Positions 9,101 through 18,343 of a stretch of 63,308 nt of DNA are shown piece after piece. The stretch comes from an uncultured Bacteroidales bacterium (GTDB lineage Bacteria > Bacteroidota > Bacteroidia > Bacteroidales > UBA932), in the NCBI GenBank assembly GCA_947167855.1, contig CAMVJR010000001.1, positions 1-63,308 on the forward strand, in the 5' to 3' direction. The notes under the pieces are model-generated. The model did not search any database, was not told the DNA's origin, and saw nothing but the letters and a program-made list of their open reading frames with translations. The position numbers and the translations under genes are program-made. Every line of letters begins with the position of its first letter. The stretch's first letter is position 1.

Positions 9101-9433
9101 GGGCACGAAAACACGCCTTACGGTGCCCGAACGGCTTAAAAATGGGCACGCGGACACCAAAACGGCTCTGAGGTGCCCGCTTCCATATACCTAAAGCACA
9201 CTTTCGGCCTTCTGTGCCCAGTTTCGTGCTTTACCCCCACTTCTTGACCCAGCCTAAAGCACACTTTCAGCCGTAGAATGGGGAAAACGTGCTTTAGACA
9301 AGAGCCGCTCTTGCGAGCGTCTCGTTTGGTATGTCACAGGGCACCACTGCCGGAATATACGATATCCGGCAGTTACGGGACAACCCCTGCACGAGCTCCA
9401 TTAAAGGGCTCATGCAGGGGTTGCCCGTTGCCC
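9101..9433. repeat. Cluster of REP-like hairpins
   Basis: Two GGGCAC..GTGCCC hairpins, two TAAAGCAC..GTGCTTTA hairpins (16-bp direct repeat at 9190 and 9253), long stems at 9346-9373 and 9375-9428. Confidence 0.75.
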
Positions 9434-9506
9434 ACTTAGTTAAAATTTGCCCTGTTTTTGAACTAAGATTGCCGTTCCCTCGTCCAAACCGTCCTAACGG
9501 TCCAGC

Positions 9507-9692
9507 TTATTTGACGCAGTTGAGGGTCTCGTTGTAGGCGTAGCCCTGGGTGGCCAGGAGGCGGTCTATCTCCTCCCTCTCCACATTGTAGCAATTGCAG
9601 ATCTGGTCCAGGTTGTCAAAGATTTCATCCCTGAGCAGGAAGTTGATGGAGGAGACCAGCATGGGGATATCGTTCAGCGGAAGGTGATCCAT
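9507..9692 (-). CDS. DUF4250-domain protein
   Basis: LPxDxxMLVSxINxxLRD...GYxY signature. Confidence 0.85.
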   Translation of the reverse strand: MDHLPLNDIPMLVSSINFLLRDEIFDNLDQICNCYNVEREEIDRLLATQGYAYNETLNCVK

Positions 9693-9713
9693 TTTCTTTC
9701 TTTAAATTTTGGA

Positions 9714-9741
9714 TACAAAGATAACAACTATTATCTTTGTA
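9714..9741. promoter_or_regulatory. Back-to-back divergent -7 elements forming an 11-bp inverted repeat
   Basis: TACAAAGATAA-caacta-TTATCTTTGTA; TATCTTTG on each strand. Confidence 0.65.
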
Positions 9742-9762
9742 TGAAACACAAACGAACCAGCC

Positions 9763-10632
9763 ATGCCTCAAACCACCACCTATCAGTCCATCGATCTTTC
9801 CACCTGGAAGCAGGTTGGAGAAGGCGGCAACGGAATTACCTACGAGAATCCGGACCGTCCGGATGTCATTCTCAAAGTCAACAAAGCGCACATGAGCACC
9901 CTTGCCATCGTCCAACACGAATTCGAGGTTTCCAAGGCTGTGGAGACTTTTGGGCTTTCTGTCCCAAAGGCGTTTGAGATTGTAAAAGTGGGAGATGCCT
10001 ATGGCACCCTCACCCAGAGAATCCATGGCAAGAAATCCCTGTCCCGCATCTGCCACGATGAGCCGGAGCGCACGGAAGAGATGGCGCGGCTGCTAAGCCA
10101 GAAAGGCAAGGAACTCCATGCCACGCCCTGCAATACGGATGTCTTCCCCAGCCGCAAAGAGCAGACGCTCAAGGCCCTGGACCAGACAAGCGTCGTAAGC
10201 CGGAAAGACATTCCCCTCATCCGCTCGTTTGTGGAAACCATACCCGATGTTACCACCTGTGTACACGGTGATTTCCAGTCGGGCAACCTCATCCAGTCCG
10301 GAGACCAGTTCTATTGGATAGACCTGGACCGGTTTGCTTACGGCAACCCCATGTTTGACATCGGCCACCTGTTTCAGATTTGTCACGACTATGCCAAAAT
10401 GAAGCAGGTACATGAAATCTTCCACATGTCGGAGGACCAGCTCCACCGCTTCTGGGACGCTTTTGCAAAAGACTACACCGGCAAAGAGGACTACTCCAGT
10501 TTTGACAGGCTGGCCGGTAAGTTTGCCTGCCTGGACATCATTCACCGATCTTACTTGATACCTCCTACTTTTGTCCAGAAGATTTTCTTCCGGATTCAGG
10601 TTAATAACCTGGTCAAGCAGTATTACAAATAG
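9763..10632 (+). CDS. APH-like phosphotransferase (TIGR02172-like), paralog 1
   Basis: VGEGGNG loop, ILK, HGDFQSGN, WIDL and PMFDIG motifs. Confidence 0.85.
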   Translation: MPQTTTYQSIDLSTWKQVGEGGNGITYENPDRPDVILKVNKAHMSTLAIVQHEFEVSKAVETFGLSVPKAFEIVKVGDAYGTLTQRIHGKKSLSRICHDEPERTEEMARLLSQKGKELHATPCNTDVFPSRKEQTLKALDQTSVVSRKDIPLIRSFVETIPDVTTCVHGDFQSGNLIQSGDQFYWIDLDRFAYGNPMFDIGHLFQICHDYAKMKQVHEIFHMSEDQLHRFWDAFAKDYTGKEDYSSFDRLAGKFACLDIIHRSYLIPPTFVQKIFFRIQVNNLVKQYYK

Positions 10633-11054
10633 ATTTCTTCTCCGGTAGAGAGCCGGTAGATGGCAATCTGGTGGTGCTCCCGGCCAAAGAGAATGGCGGC
10701 CGAAAGGGAGTCCTCCGGAAAGATTCGCACGCTGTCAAAATAATAAAGGCTGTCGGACGAATTGAACCAACCTCCTATATGCCCGCTATGGGTTTTCGCA
10801 TGGCCGATAACCGCTTCCAGGCATTCCCGTCCATGACTGTGCTGGGTATCCTCATAAGAAACAGAAATCCCAACCGTTGGTTCCGTCCAGGTGGCCAGAT
10901 GCAGCGTAAACCCGTCCGGACGGGTCTGGCTGAAAGTCCAGATACTGTCGGCCAGGGTAACATCGGCCTTCTGCTGAGAAACCTGCCGCACCGTACCGCA
11001 GTGAACGGCAAGCAGGCAGGACAACGCAAGCAATAGATACGCTATTCTTTTCAT
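10623..11054 (-). CDS. Hypothetical exported protein / lipoprotein
   Basis: Signal peptide with Cys; PDGFT, IGGW, YYFDS and QIAIY motifs. Confidence 0.75.
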   Translation of the reverse strand: MKRIAYLLLALSCLLAVHCGTVRQVSQQKADVTLADSIWTFSQTRPDGFTLHLATWTEPTVGISVSYEDTQHSHGRECLEAVIGHAKTHSGHIGGWFNSSDSLYYFDSVRIFPEDSLSAAILFGREHHQIAIYRLSTGEEIYL

Positions 11055-11057
11055 AGC

Positions 11058-11816
11058 TTACACTTTCAATCCGGCTATGACAGAGGCGGTAAAGCCGGCT
11101 TCTTCCATGGCGTTGAGCCCGCGGATGGTGATGCCGCCGGGCGTGGTCACGCGGTCAATTTCCGCCTCGGGATGGGCGCCCCGGCTGTCGGCCAGGTCCA
11201 CCGCACCCTTCATGGTCTGATAAACGGCCTCCATGGCCTCACGGGGATACAGGCCCAGCTGGACACCGCCTTCCATGGCGGCGCGGGCGTAGCGAAGCGC
11301 AAAGGCCGTTCCGCAGGAGGCTACCATCATCCCGGCCTGCAGGCGCCGCTCGTCAACAATCAGCGTCTTTCCCACCTTGTCAAAGAGGGCCTGCACCAGG
11401 TCATCGGCCTTTCCCAGAATGGCGGAAGCAAAGGTCATACTCTCCCCTATCTCCGCCGCCAGATTGGGAATCACGGTATAGGCAGCCTCAACGCCCGTCT
11501 CGGAAAGCCACTGGGCCATCTGGGCCGATGGAATCCCGGCAGCCAGGGAAAGGAGCACCTTCCCGGAAAGGGAGGCATGAATCTGCTCCAGGACCGATTG
11601 AACGAGCCAGGGCTTCACGCCCAGGATAACGATATCGGCCCAGTTGGCGGCCGAAATGTTGTCCAGGGAAGTGCGAATGCCCCGGACGTCATATTTCTCC
11701 AGCGTAGAGGCGTGCGCCGTGGTAACGGTGAGGGAAACGTCCTGGGCAAAACGGTGCAGCCCAAGGGCTACGGCACCGCCCATGTTTCCGGCTCCAAGGA
11801 TGGCTATCTTTTGCAT
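11058..11816 (-). CDS. proC: Pyrroline-5-carboxylate reductase
   Basis: GAGNMG, VKP, SLAAG, PN and VTTPGGITIRG motifs. Confidence 0.93.
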   Translation of the reverse strand: MQKIAILGAGNMGGAVALGLHRFAQDVSLTVTTAHASTLEKYDVRGIRTSLDNISAANWADIVILGVKPWLVQSVLEQIHASLSGKVLLSLAAGIPSAQMAQWLSETGVEAAYTVIPNLAAEIGESMTFASAILGKADDLVQALFDKVGKTLIVDERRLQAGMMVASCGTAFALRYARAAMEGGVQLGLYPREAMEAVYQTMKGAVDLADSRGAHPEAEIDRVTTPGGITIRGLNAMEEAGFTASVIAGLKV

Positions 11817-11820
11817 ATGC

Positions 11821-12285
11821 TTACTTTACAATGAATTCCAGGCTGGTGTATTGGGGTTTCAGGCCCAGGGAGTCGTAGAACTTCCGGGCGGCGGGGTTGG
11901 CTTCCCATACGTGAAGGGTCACATTGTAGAAACCGTTCTGGGCCGCATAGTCCTTGGCATAATGGAACAGTTTCTTTCCGATTCCCTTGCCGCGGGCGGC
12001 CTCGTCCACGCAGAGGTCGTCTATGTACAGGGTCTTGATGGGCACCAGGGCCGCACCGCTCTGGAAGTGCTCCTGGCACATGATATAGCCCAGGACACCC
12101 CCGTCTTCCACGTAGACGAAGATGGGGTTCTCCGGGCATTTCAGCATATCTTGCAGGGCTATCTCGTCATACTTCTTGCCTGCGGCCCGGAACAGGTCCG
12201 GGCGGCCGGTGTGGTGTACTTTCAGGACCTGCTCCAAAAGCCGGCAGATCACTGGAATATCCTGCGGTTCCGCTTTTCTGATCAT
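11821..12285 (-). CDS. GNAT acetyltransferase
   Basis: YIDDLCVDEAARGKGIG and NPAARKFY motifs. Confidence 0.9.
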   Translation of the reverse strand: MIRKAEPQDIPVICRLLEQVLKVHHTGRPDLFRAAGKKYDEIALQDMLKCPENPIFVYVEDGGVLGYIMCQEHFQSGAALVPIKTLYIDDLCVDEAARGKGIGKKLFHYAKDYAAQNGFYNVTLHVWEANPAARKFYDSLGLKPQYTSLEFIVK

Positions 12286-12478
12286 CTGTTTATATCTTCT
12301 TACATGCGAAGATACAACAAAAATCAGAAACTATTTCAAAACCTTTTGGGCCAGCTTGATGGAGAGGAGGGCTATCGGGAAGGTGAGGTTTCAGAAAACA
12401 ATGGCAATCCCTATTTATGGGAGTTTTGTAAATAAATATAAAAAGGATTGTATCTTTGTGACTGGAAATACGACAAAT

Positions 12479-12589
12479 ATGCTGATTACCCTTCTCACGA
12501 TTCTCTTCATCAGCTTGAAGCTGAGCGGGAAGAGCCTCAAGAAAAAGGCCGGTTCCAAAGAAACCGACGTGGAAGGGAATGTCAAATAA
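12479..12589 (+). CDS. Small protein (36 aa) with hydrophobic N-terminus and basic tail
   Basis: MLITLLTILFISLKLSGKSLKKKAGSKETDVEGNVK*; TATCTTTG at 12451-12458. Confidence 0.5.
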   Translation: MLITLLTILFISLKLSGKSLKKKAGSKETDVEGNVK

Positions 12590-12940
12590 TTACAAAGCGT
12601 GCAATTTGAAGGAGTAATACCCCTTCCCATCCAGATAAACCAGCGCGTCTTTTAGCACAGCCTCCTTCTTGTCTTCCTCCAGATTGGAGCGGAAAAGGAT
12701 TTCCACAAATAGTTCCAGAGCCTGGTCGGACAGGCCTTTTTCCTCAACCAGATACAAAACCGGATTGGCCTGCCTGAGCACATCCTCAACGCTCAGGGAA
12801 CCATCGGCCCTGTCCAGCTCTTTCTGGACGTCCGTAATGGAATAGTCCGGTACTTCGTCCAGGAACAAGCCCATCTTACGGGCTAATTTCATTAGCATTT
12901 CGCCAATGCGGTCAATCTCTCTGAGAATATAGTCTTCCAT
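12590..12940 (-). CDS. Hypothetical protein
   Basis: MEDYILREIDRIGEML N-terminus, helical; ATG at 12940. Confidence 0.75.
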   Translation of the reverse strand: MEDYILREIDRIGEMLMKLARKMGLFLDEVPDYSITDVQKELDRADGSLSVEDVLRQANPVLYLVEEKGLSDQALELFVEILFRSNLEEDKKEAVLKDALVYLDGKGYYSFKLHAL

Positions 12941-13007
12941 ATGATAAGTTCGTTCAGACACAAAAATAATCATTTTCAACGAAGATTTTTGTACATTTGT
13001 CTGAATA

Positions 13008-13979
13008 ATGAGAAAACGGAATCAAATAACCTGGGAGATCATCGGCCTGCTCCTCTTGTGCGGGGTTGTCTGGGTCTATTTATCCGGCAAATCCCGTCCG
13101 TCCCCCAACGGGGTCCTGCCGGCTGCTCCGGATTATACCAATCCCATCATGTGGATAACGGAAGACCAGGACCCGGAGGGAACCGGGGCCGATATCTTCT
13201 ATATGGTCTCCACCTGGGAAAAGGACTGGGTCAACGAGAAAGGAGACACCATCCATTATGCCGACGTCTGGAACCCCAAACACCGGGAAAGAATGGCCAT
13301 AGAGATGAACAAGGCCGCGGCATACATGGCGCCGGGAAACCGGTTCTACTCCCCCTTCTACAGACATACCACCATCGAGGCCTACCTGACCCAGGACGAC
13401 GCTTTCATCTATCAGCGTACACGTCCGGCCATGCAGGACATCTTCGATGCCTTTGACTATTTCATCCGGGAGCGTGAAGCCGGACGGCCGTTCATCATCG
13501 TGGGCTTCAGCCAGGGCGCTCAGGCGGTAGTAGAGCTGCTCAAACACATGGATGACAGCACCTATAGCCAGATGGCAGGCGCCTATGTGATGGGATACAA
13601 GGTAACGGATGAGGACCTGGCCGAGTGTTCCCGCATAAAAGCCGCACAAGGGGCCGATGATGTGGGCGTTACCATCTGCTACAATACCGTCAAGGATGTC
13701 AAGTACATCATCCCGGTCATAGCGGCCACCAGCATTGGCATCAACCCCGTCAACTGGGCCATCGACGCCACACCGGCCATCCTGCACGATACCATCACCG
13801 TCACCCTGGCACCGGAGTATCACGTGGTGGTGGTGAAGGGTTATGGCGGCTCCGAGTACCATCCCTTTGCCAATTTCATCAATGTGGGAGACATCCACAG
13901 CTGCGAGCCCTGGCTGTACAGCGAGTGCATAAAGGAAAACATGGACCTCCGCGCCCGAAAATGGAGGGAACAACAGTAA
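13008..13979 (+). CDS. DUF3089-family alpha/beta hydrolase
   Basis: ADIFY, SPFYR, GRPFIIVGFSQG and INPVNW motifs; N-terminal anchor. Confidence 0.85.
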   Translation: MRKRNQITWEIIGLLLLCGVVWVYLSGKSRPSPNGVLPAAPDYTNPIMWITEDQDPEGTGADIFYMVSTWEKDWVNEKGDTIHYADVWNPKHRERMAIEMNKAAAYMAPGNRFYSPFYRHTTIEAYLTQDDAFIYQRTRPAMQDIFDAFDYFIREREAGRPFIIVGFSQGAQAVVELLKHMDDSTYSQMAGAYVMGYKVTDEDLAECSRIKAAQGADDVGVTICYNTVKDVKYIIPVIAATSIGINPVNWAIDATPAILHDTITVTLAPEYHVVVVKGYGGSEYHPFANFINVGDIHSCEPWLYSECIKENMDLRARKWREQQ

Positions 13980-13983
13980 CGGT

Positions 13984-14904
13984 ATGGCATCGGAACAGGT
14001 AAGGGGCCATCTGGCCATTGCGGCAGCCTACTCCATCTTTGGACTCAACGTAGTTCTCTGCAAGGATATCGCCAACTCGGCGGCGGTCTCCCCTTACGTG
14101 CTGTTTACGTTCCGGGCCATCGGTGCATCGGCCCTCTTCTGGCTGGTGTCCATCTTCCAGCCGGAGGAAAAGGTGGAGAAAGGAGACCTGTGGCGCATGG
14201 CCCTGGCTTCGTTCCTGGGGCTTTTTCTGACCCAGATGTCCTTTCTGGTGGGCATCACCATGGCTACGGCCATCGATTCGGCCATCCTGGGTACCCTGGG
14301 GCCCGTGTTCACCATGATCTTTGCCTACTTCTTTGTAGGGGAGCCCATTACCGGAAAGAAGGCCGGAGGCGTTAGCGTTGCCCTGGCCGGCGTCATTTTC
14401 CTGATCCTGAATTCCGTGCATGCCGGAGGTGCATCGGCCACCACCCCGCTGGGCCTGGTGATGCTGCTCATCAACAGCCTCACGTTCTCCATGTACCTGG
14501 GCATCTTCCGGCCCCTCATCTCCAAATACAGCGTGGTCACATTCATGAAGTGGGCTTTCCTGTTTGCACTGCTCATGTCCCTGCCCTTCTCCGTCAAGGG
14601 CATGTTCACCATGGACTACGCAGCCGTCCCTCTCATCGTACGCTGGGAGATTGGCTACCTGATTATCTTTGCCACGTTTATTGCCTACTACCTAATTCCG
14701 TACGGTCAGAAGCGCATCCGGCCCACGCTGGTAAGCATGTACAACTACCTCTCCCCCATCATTGCCACCGTAGTGAGCATCTGGACGGGCATAGACCACC
14801 TGACCTGGCAGAAAGTCGTAGCGGCTTCTGCCATTGTGGGAGGTGTGATTCTGGTAAGTAAGAGCCGGTCGGCCAAGGACAAGCCTATTTCATCATCTTC
14901 TTAG
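13984..14904 (+). CDS. EamA/DMT transporter
   Basis: About 10 TM in a two-repeat arrangement. Confidence 0.9.
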   Translation: MASEQVRGHLAIAAAYSIFGLNVVLCKDIANSAAVSPYVLFTFRAIGASALFWLVSIFQPEEKVEKGDLWRMALASFLGLFLTQMSFLVGITMATAIDSAILGTLGPVFTMIFAYFFVGEPITGKKAGGVSVALAGVIFLILNSVHAGGASATTPLGLVMLLINSLTFSMYLGIFRPLISKYSVVTFMKWAFLFALLMSLPFSVKGMFTMDYAAVPLIVRWEIGYLIIFATFIAYYLIPYGQKRIRPTLVSMYNYLSPIIATVVSIWTGIDHLTWQKVVAASAIVGGVILVSKSRSAKDKPISSSS

Positions 14905-15742
14905 CCAGCTGGCCCAGGAAGAACCTTTCACTGAAGGTGAGGTTCTGGGTATAGCCCAGCAGGATAATATCCAGGCCGGCAAAGCGCTTGCAGTCTGCTA
15001 TGAATTCGTCCAGCTTTTCGGGGCCGCTGTAGGCCAGGGCAAAGCTGTTCCATAACTGGATCATCTGCTTGTCCGTAAGATGGGCTATCTCCTGGACACG
15101 TTTGGTGTGGCTGAAGATATTGCAGAACAGGTACATGTGGCCCAGGTCAAACTGCGGGATACCATGGCTGGCGCCCCCCAAGTCTATCCAGTAAGGTTTT
15201 CCGTCGGCGGCCATGATCAGGTTACCCATCTGGAAATCTCCGTGTACAAAGGTTTCTCCGTCCGGCAAGCCCTGGACAAAAGCTATCAGGCGTTCCTTGG
15301 CCTTGCTGCCCAGGAGATTGGTAGCGGTAGCCGCTTCCAACATCCGCTCCTTCATGGAGGGAATCCATTCCTTTCCGGTGGCGGGGGTAGCATGCAGCGT
15401 TTTGGCCAGAGCCGCCATTTTCTGGGCCCAGCTGTCAATGGAGGCGGGGTCATCGGCACAGAGGCGGGAGAAGGATTTCTTCCCTTCAATGCTCTGGCAT
15501 TTGAAGCCATAGTGATCCCCTACCTTGACCATCTCTATCATCTCGGGCGTGGGAATGCCCAGTTCAAAGACAGCCCGGGAAGTACAGAACTCCTGGGTCA
15601 CCGTCTTCTTCGATCCGTCCGACAGGTGGGAACTGACTACTTTCAGAAGGACGCCCGGTTCGGCCTCATTCACATAGGTGGCGCCTACGCCGCCTTCGCC
15701 CACCTGGGTCCAGTCCTGCAGATCTACACTAGCATACTCCAT
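14885..15742 (-). CDS. APH-like phosphotransferase (TIGR02172-like), paralog 2
   Basis: VGEGGVG, HGDFQMGN, WIDL and PQFDLG motifs. Confidence 0.85.
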   Translation of the reverse strand: MEYASVDLQDWTQVGEGGVGATYVNEAEPGVLLKVVSSHLSDGSKKTVTQEFCTSRAVFELGIPTPEMIEMVKVGDHYGFKCQSIEGKKSFSRLCADDPASIDSWAQKMAALAKTLHATPATGKEWIPSMKERMLEAATATNLLGSKAKERLIAFVQGLPDGETFVHGDFQMGNLIMAADGKPYWIDLGGASHGIPQFDLGHMYLFCNIFSHTKRVQEIAHLTDKQMIQLWNSFALAYSGPEKLDEFIADCKRFAGLDIILLGYTQNLTFSERFFLGQLAKKMMK

Positions 15743-15751
15743 GACAGTTTA

Positions 15752-16627
15752 TTATTGGGTTAAATATCGGGCTTTCAGGATAGCCAGATCCTCGTCGGTA
15801 AGCCCCATGGGGCCCTTCAGATAGCCTTCCAGGGAGCCATATTTCTCATCAATGGTATCCAGAACCTTTACAAAATTCTCCGTATTGCAGCCCATAAAGG
15901 CCTTTACTACGGCCACCTCCTCCTCTTTGCCGCCCAGGAAGCGGACCAGCCGGGAATAACGGGACACGTCCTTGGCATACACCTTATTGGTGACGTCAAA
16001 GTCTTCCACGATGGTCTTTCTGTCTGCGCCCAAGGCCGCTAAAAGCAGGGCCGATGCAACGCCGGTGCGGTCCTTTCCCTGCGTGCAATGGAAGAGGATG
16101 GGACGGTCTCCGCGCTCCACCACCTGATGGAGAAAAGCCGCCATCTCCTTCTGGGAGTTCTCCCCAAAGAAGATGTTGGGATACATTTCCCGCGCTATGA
16201 TCTTGGCCTTCTCGTTGAAAGCGGCCAGCACAATGACTCGCTTGACATTGAATTTCTTCTTGCCCAGATACTTCTTCTTTTCCTTCTCGGTAGCCATGGC
16301 GCCGGCATGGCCCGAGGCGTCGATGGAATGGGAAAAATAAGTGGCGCCGGGGATGGCCTTGTCATACTGGCCCACTTTCTCTTCCGGCTTGCGGAAATCT
16401 ACCACCGTGCCCACAGAAAGCTTTTCCAGATAGGCCAGGTCTCGGGCGGTAGCATTGGCCAGATGGGCCGATCTCAGGAGCATGCCCTTTTTGACCTGCA
16501 GGCCTCCGGCCACTTCATATCCGCCCAGATCGCGTGCATTCACAATTCCCTCAACCGGAAGGAACTGCTGGGCAAAAACGGTAGCTGAAGTAAACAGGGC
16601 TAACATAAAAGGAAGAATCTTCATCAT
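15752..16627 (-). CDS. Secreted tyrosine/lipid phosphatase (Y_phosphatase3-like)
   Basis: Signal peptide; NARDLGG and HCTQGKDRTG P-loop. Confidence 0.9.
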   Translation of the reverse strand: MMKILPFMLALFTSATVFAQQFLPVEGIVNARDLGGYEVAGGLQVKKGMLLRSAHLANATARDLAYLEKLSVGTVVDFRKPEEKVGQYDKAIPGATYFSHSIDASGHAGAMATEKEKKKYLGKKKFNVKRVIVLAAFNEKAKIIAREMYPNIFFGENSQKEMAAFLHQVVERGDRPILFHCTQGKDRTGVASALLLAALGADRKTIVEDFDVTNKVYAKDVSRYSRLVRFLGGKEEEVAVVKAFMGCNTENFVKVLDTIDEKYGSLEGYLKGPMGLTDEDLAILKARYLTQ

Positions 16628-17494
16628 TTATTTGAAATACTGATTTAGCGAAGCCTCTATCCGGCTGCTCAGGAAGGCCCGGAACGCCGGATCGTCGTGC
16701 TCGTGGAGATAATACGTTCTCACAATATCCAGGGCCGAATAGGGCTGCAACTGGTGATTCAGGCTCTCGACGTCATTGTCTCCGGTATAGGCGCGGGCAA
16801 AGGCATCCCAGAACTCCAGCATCTGCTCCCGGGTCATATGGGTAAGCTCCTGCACCTGCGGAATCAGGCTGTCTTCCACCATCATCTTGTACAGATGTGC
16901 CAGGTCCATCAGGTAACAGCCCTGCCCCAGCCAGCCCAGGTCTATCCAGTAGTAGTCACTGGAAGAAAGGATCAGGTTGCCCGGCTGAAAGTCTCCGTGC
17001 AGGCAGGTCTGGGTATCCGGCATATCGGAGACCACCTTCCGGAGCTGTTCCTTTCGGTCTCCACTCACCAGCGGAGTACTCTCCAGGGCCTTCATCAGGA
17101 GCTCTTTCACCGGATGGACATACTCGTTTGCGGTGATGGGCGTATCGTGCAGGACGTGGCCGTACTTAGCCATCATATGTGCCAGTTCGGGAATGCGGTG
17201 GGGCTGCTCCGAGCACAGGCGGGCCAGCGACTTTTTGCCACCGATCATCTCACAGAGGTATCCGTGGTCTTCTCCGTCCCGTACAATTTCGTAGACCGCA
17301 GGAACCGGCAACCCCATGTCGTAGGCCGTCTTGGCGGCATAGAACTCCTGCTCTACCGCAGCGGCACGGCCCATCTCCCGCCTTACCAGTTTGAGCATGA
17401 CGCCGGGATGGTAGGAAGAGACATAAGCCTGTCCGTTGTAACCCTCACCCACAAGGGTCCATTCTCTGAGGTCTATCTGGGGATACTGTTTCAT
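16628..17494 (-). CDS. APH-like phosphotransferase (TIGR02172-like), paralog 3
   Basis: VGEGYNG, HGDFQPGN and WIDL motifs. Confidence 0.85.
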   Translation of the reverse strand: MKQYPQIDLREWTLVGEGYNGQAYVSSYHPGVMLKLVRREMGRAAAVEQEFYAAKTAYDMGLPVPAVYEIVRDGEDHGYLCEMIGGKKSLARLCSEQPHRIPELAHMMAKYGHVLHDTPITANEYVHPVKELLMKALESTPLVSGDRKEQLRKVVSDMPDTQTCLHGDFQPGNLILSSSDYYWIDLGWLGQGCYLMDLAHLYKMMVEDSLIPQVQELTHMTREQMLEFWDAFARAYTGDNDVESLNHQLQPYSALDIVRTYYLHEHDDPAFRAFLSSRIEASLNQYFK

Positions 17495-17580
17495 GTTATA
17501 ATAGGTTGATATGCAAATATATCAATTTCTTTCTATTATTACGACGCTCGCTGTCAAAAAAATTGATTAGCTTTGCACCC

Positions 17581-18339
17581 ATGAACGGTACTCTGACGGC
17601 TTTACTCATCCCCTTCCTGGGCACGGCCCTGGGATCGGCCTTTGTCTTCTTCATGAAGAAGGAGATGCCCTCTTTATTGCAGAAAATCCTCCTGGGCTTT
17701 GCCTCCGGCGTCATGGTGGCGGCTTCCGTATGGTCGCTCCTGATCCCGGGAATGGAGATGGGCGGCGTATGGCCGGCTACCATCGGCCTGCTGGGCGGTT
17801 TTGCCTTCCTGCTGCTCATTGACCAGATTACGCCCCACCTGCATCCTGCCGGCGGTCCGGAAGGCCCCAAGAGCAAGCTGTCCAAGACCACCATGCTGGC
17901 CCTGGCCGTCACCATCCACAACTTTCCGGAAGGAATGGCCGTGGGTGTAGCCATTGCCGGTGCCCTGAGCGGCGGCGCCGGAATGACAGCCGCCGGAGCC
18001 CTGGCCCTTTCCCTGGGTATCGCCATCCAGAATGTTCCGGAAGGCGCTATCATCTCCATGCCGCTGCGCGCAGCCGGCAACAGCCGCCTCAAGTCTTTCT
18101 GGATTGGAGCCCTCAGCGGCATCGTAGAGCCCATCGGCGGCGCACTGGTAATCCTTCTGGCATCGGCCGTAACGCCCATGATGCCCTACCTGCTGGCTTT
18201 TGCAGCAGGCGCCATGCTCTACGTAGTGGTAGAAGAACTGGTGCCCGAAGCCTCGCAGGGAGAGCACTCCAACATTGCCACCATTGGCTTTGCCCTGGGC
18301 TTTGCCTTAATGATGGTACTGGATGTGGTAATGGGATAA
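17581..18339 (+). CDS. ZIP-family metal transporter (GufA/ZupT-like)
   Basis: HNFPEGMAVG and IQNVPEG motifs; TAGCTTTG upstream. Confidence 0.93.
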   Translation: MNGTLTALLIPFLGTALGSAFVFFMKKEMPSLLQKILLGFASGVMVAASVWSLLIPGMEMGGVWPATIGLLGGFAFLLLIDQITPHLHPAGGPEGPKSKLSKTTMLALAVTIHNFPEGMAVGVAIAGALSGGAGMTAAGALALSLGIAIQNVPEGAIISMPLRAAGNSRLKSFWIGALSGIVEPIGGALVILLASAVTPMMPYLLAFAAGAMLYVVVEELVPEASQGEHSNIATIGFALGFALMMVLDVVMG

Positions 18340-18343
18340 AGCG

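Noticed and set aside
9101-9300. Possible CRISPR array
   Set aside because: Only two copies of each repeat type, no regular repeat-spacer period, and no cas genes.
9763-17494. Aminoglycoside resistance genes
   Set aside because: They share only the APH fold motifs; the paralog expansion and chromosomal, non-mobile context argue against a resistance call.
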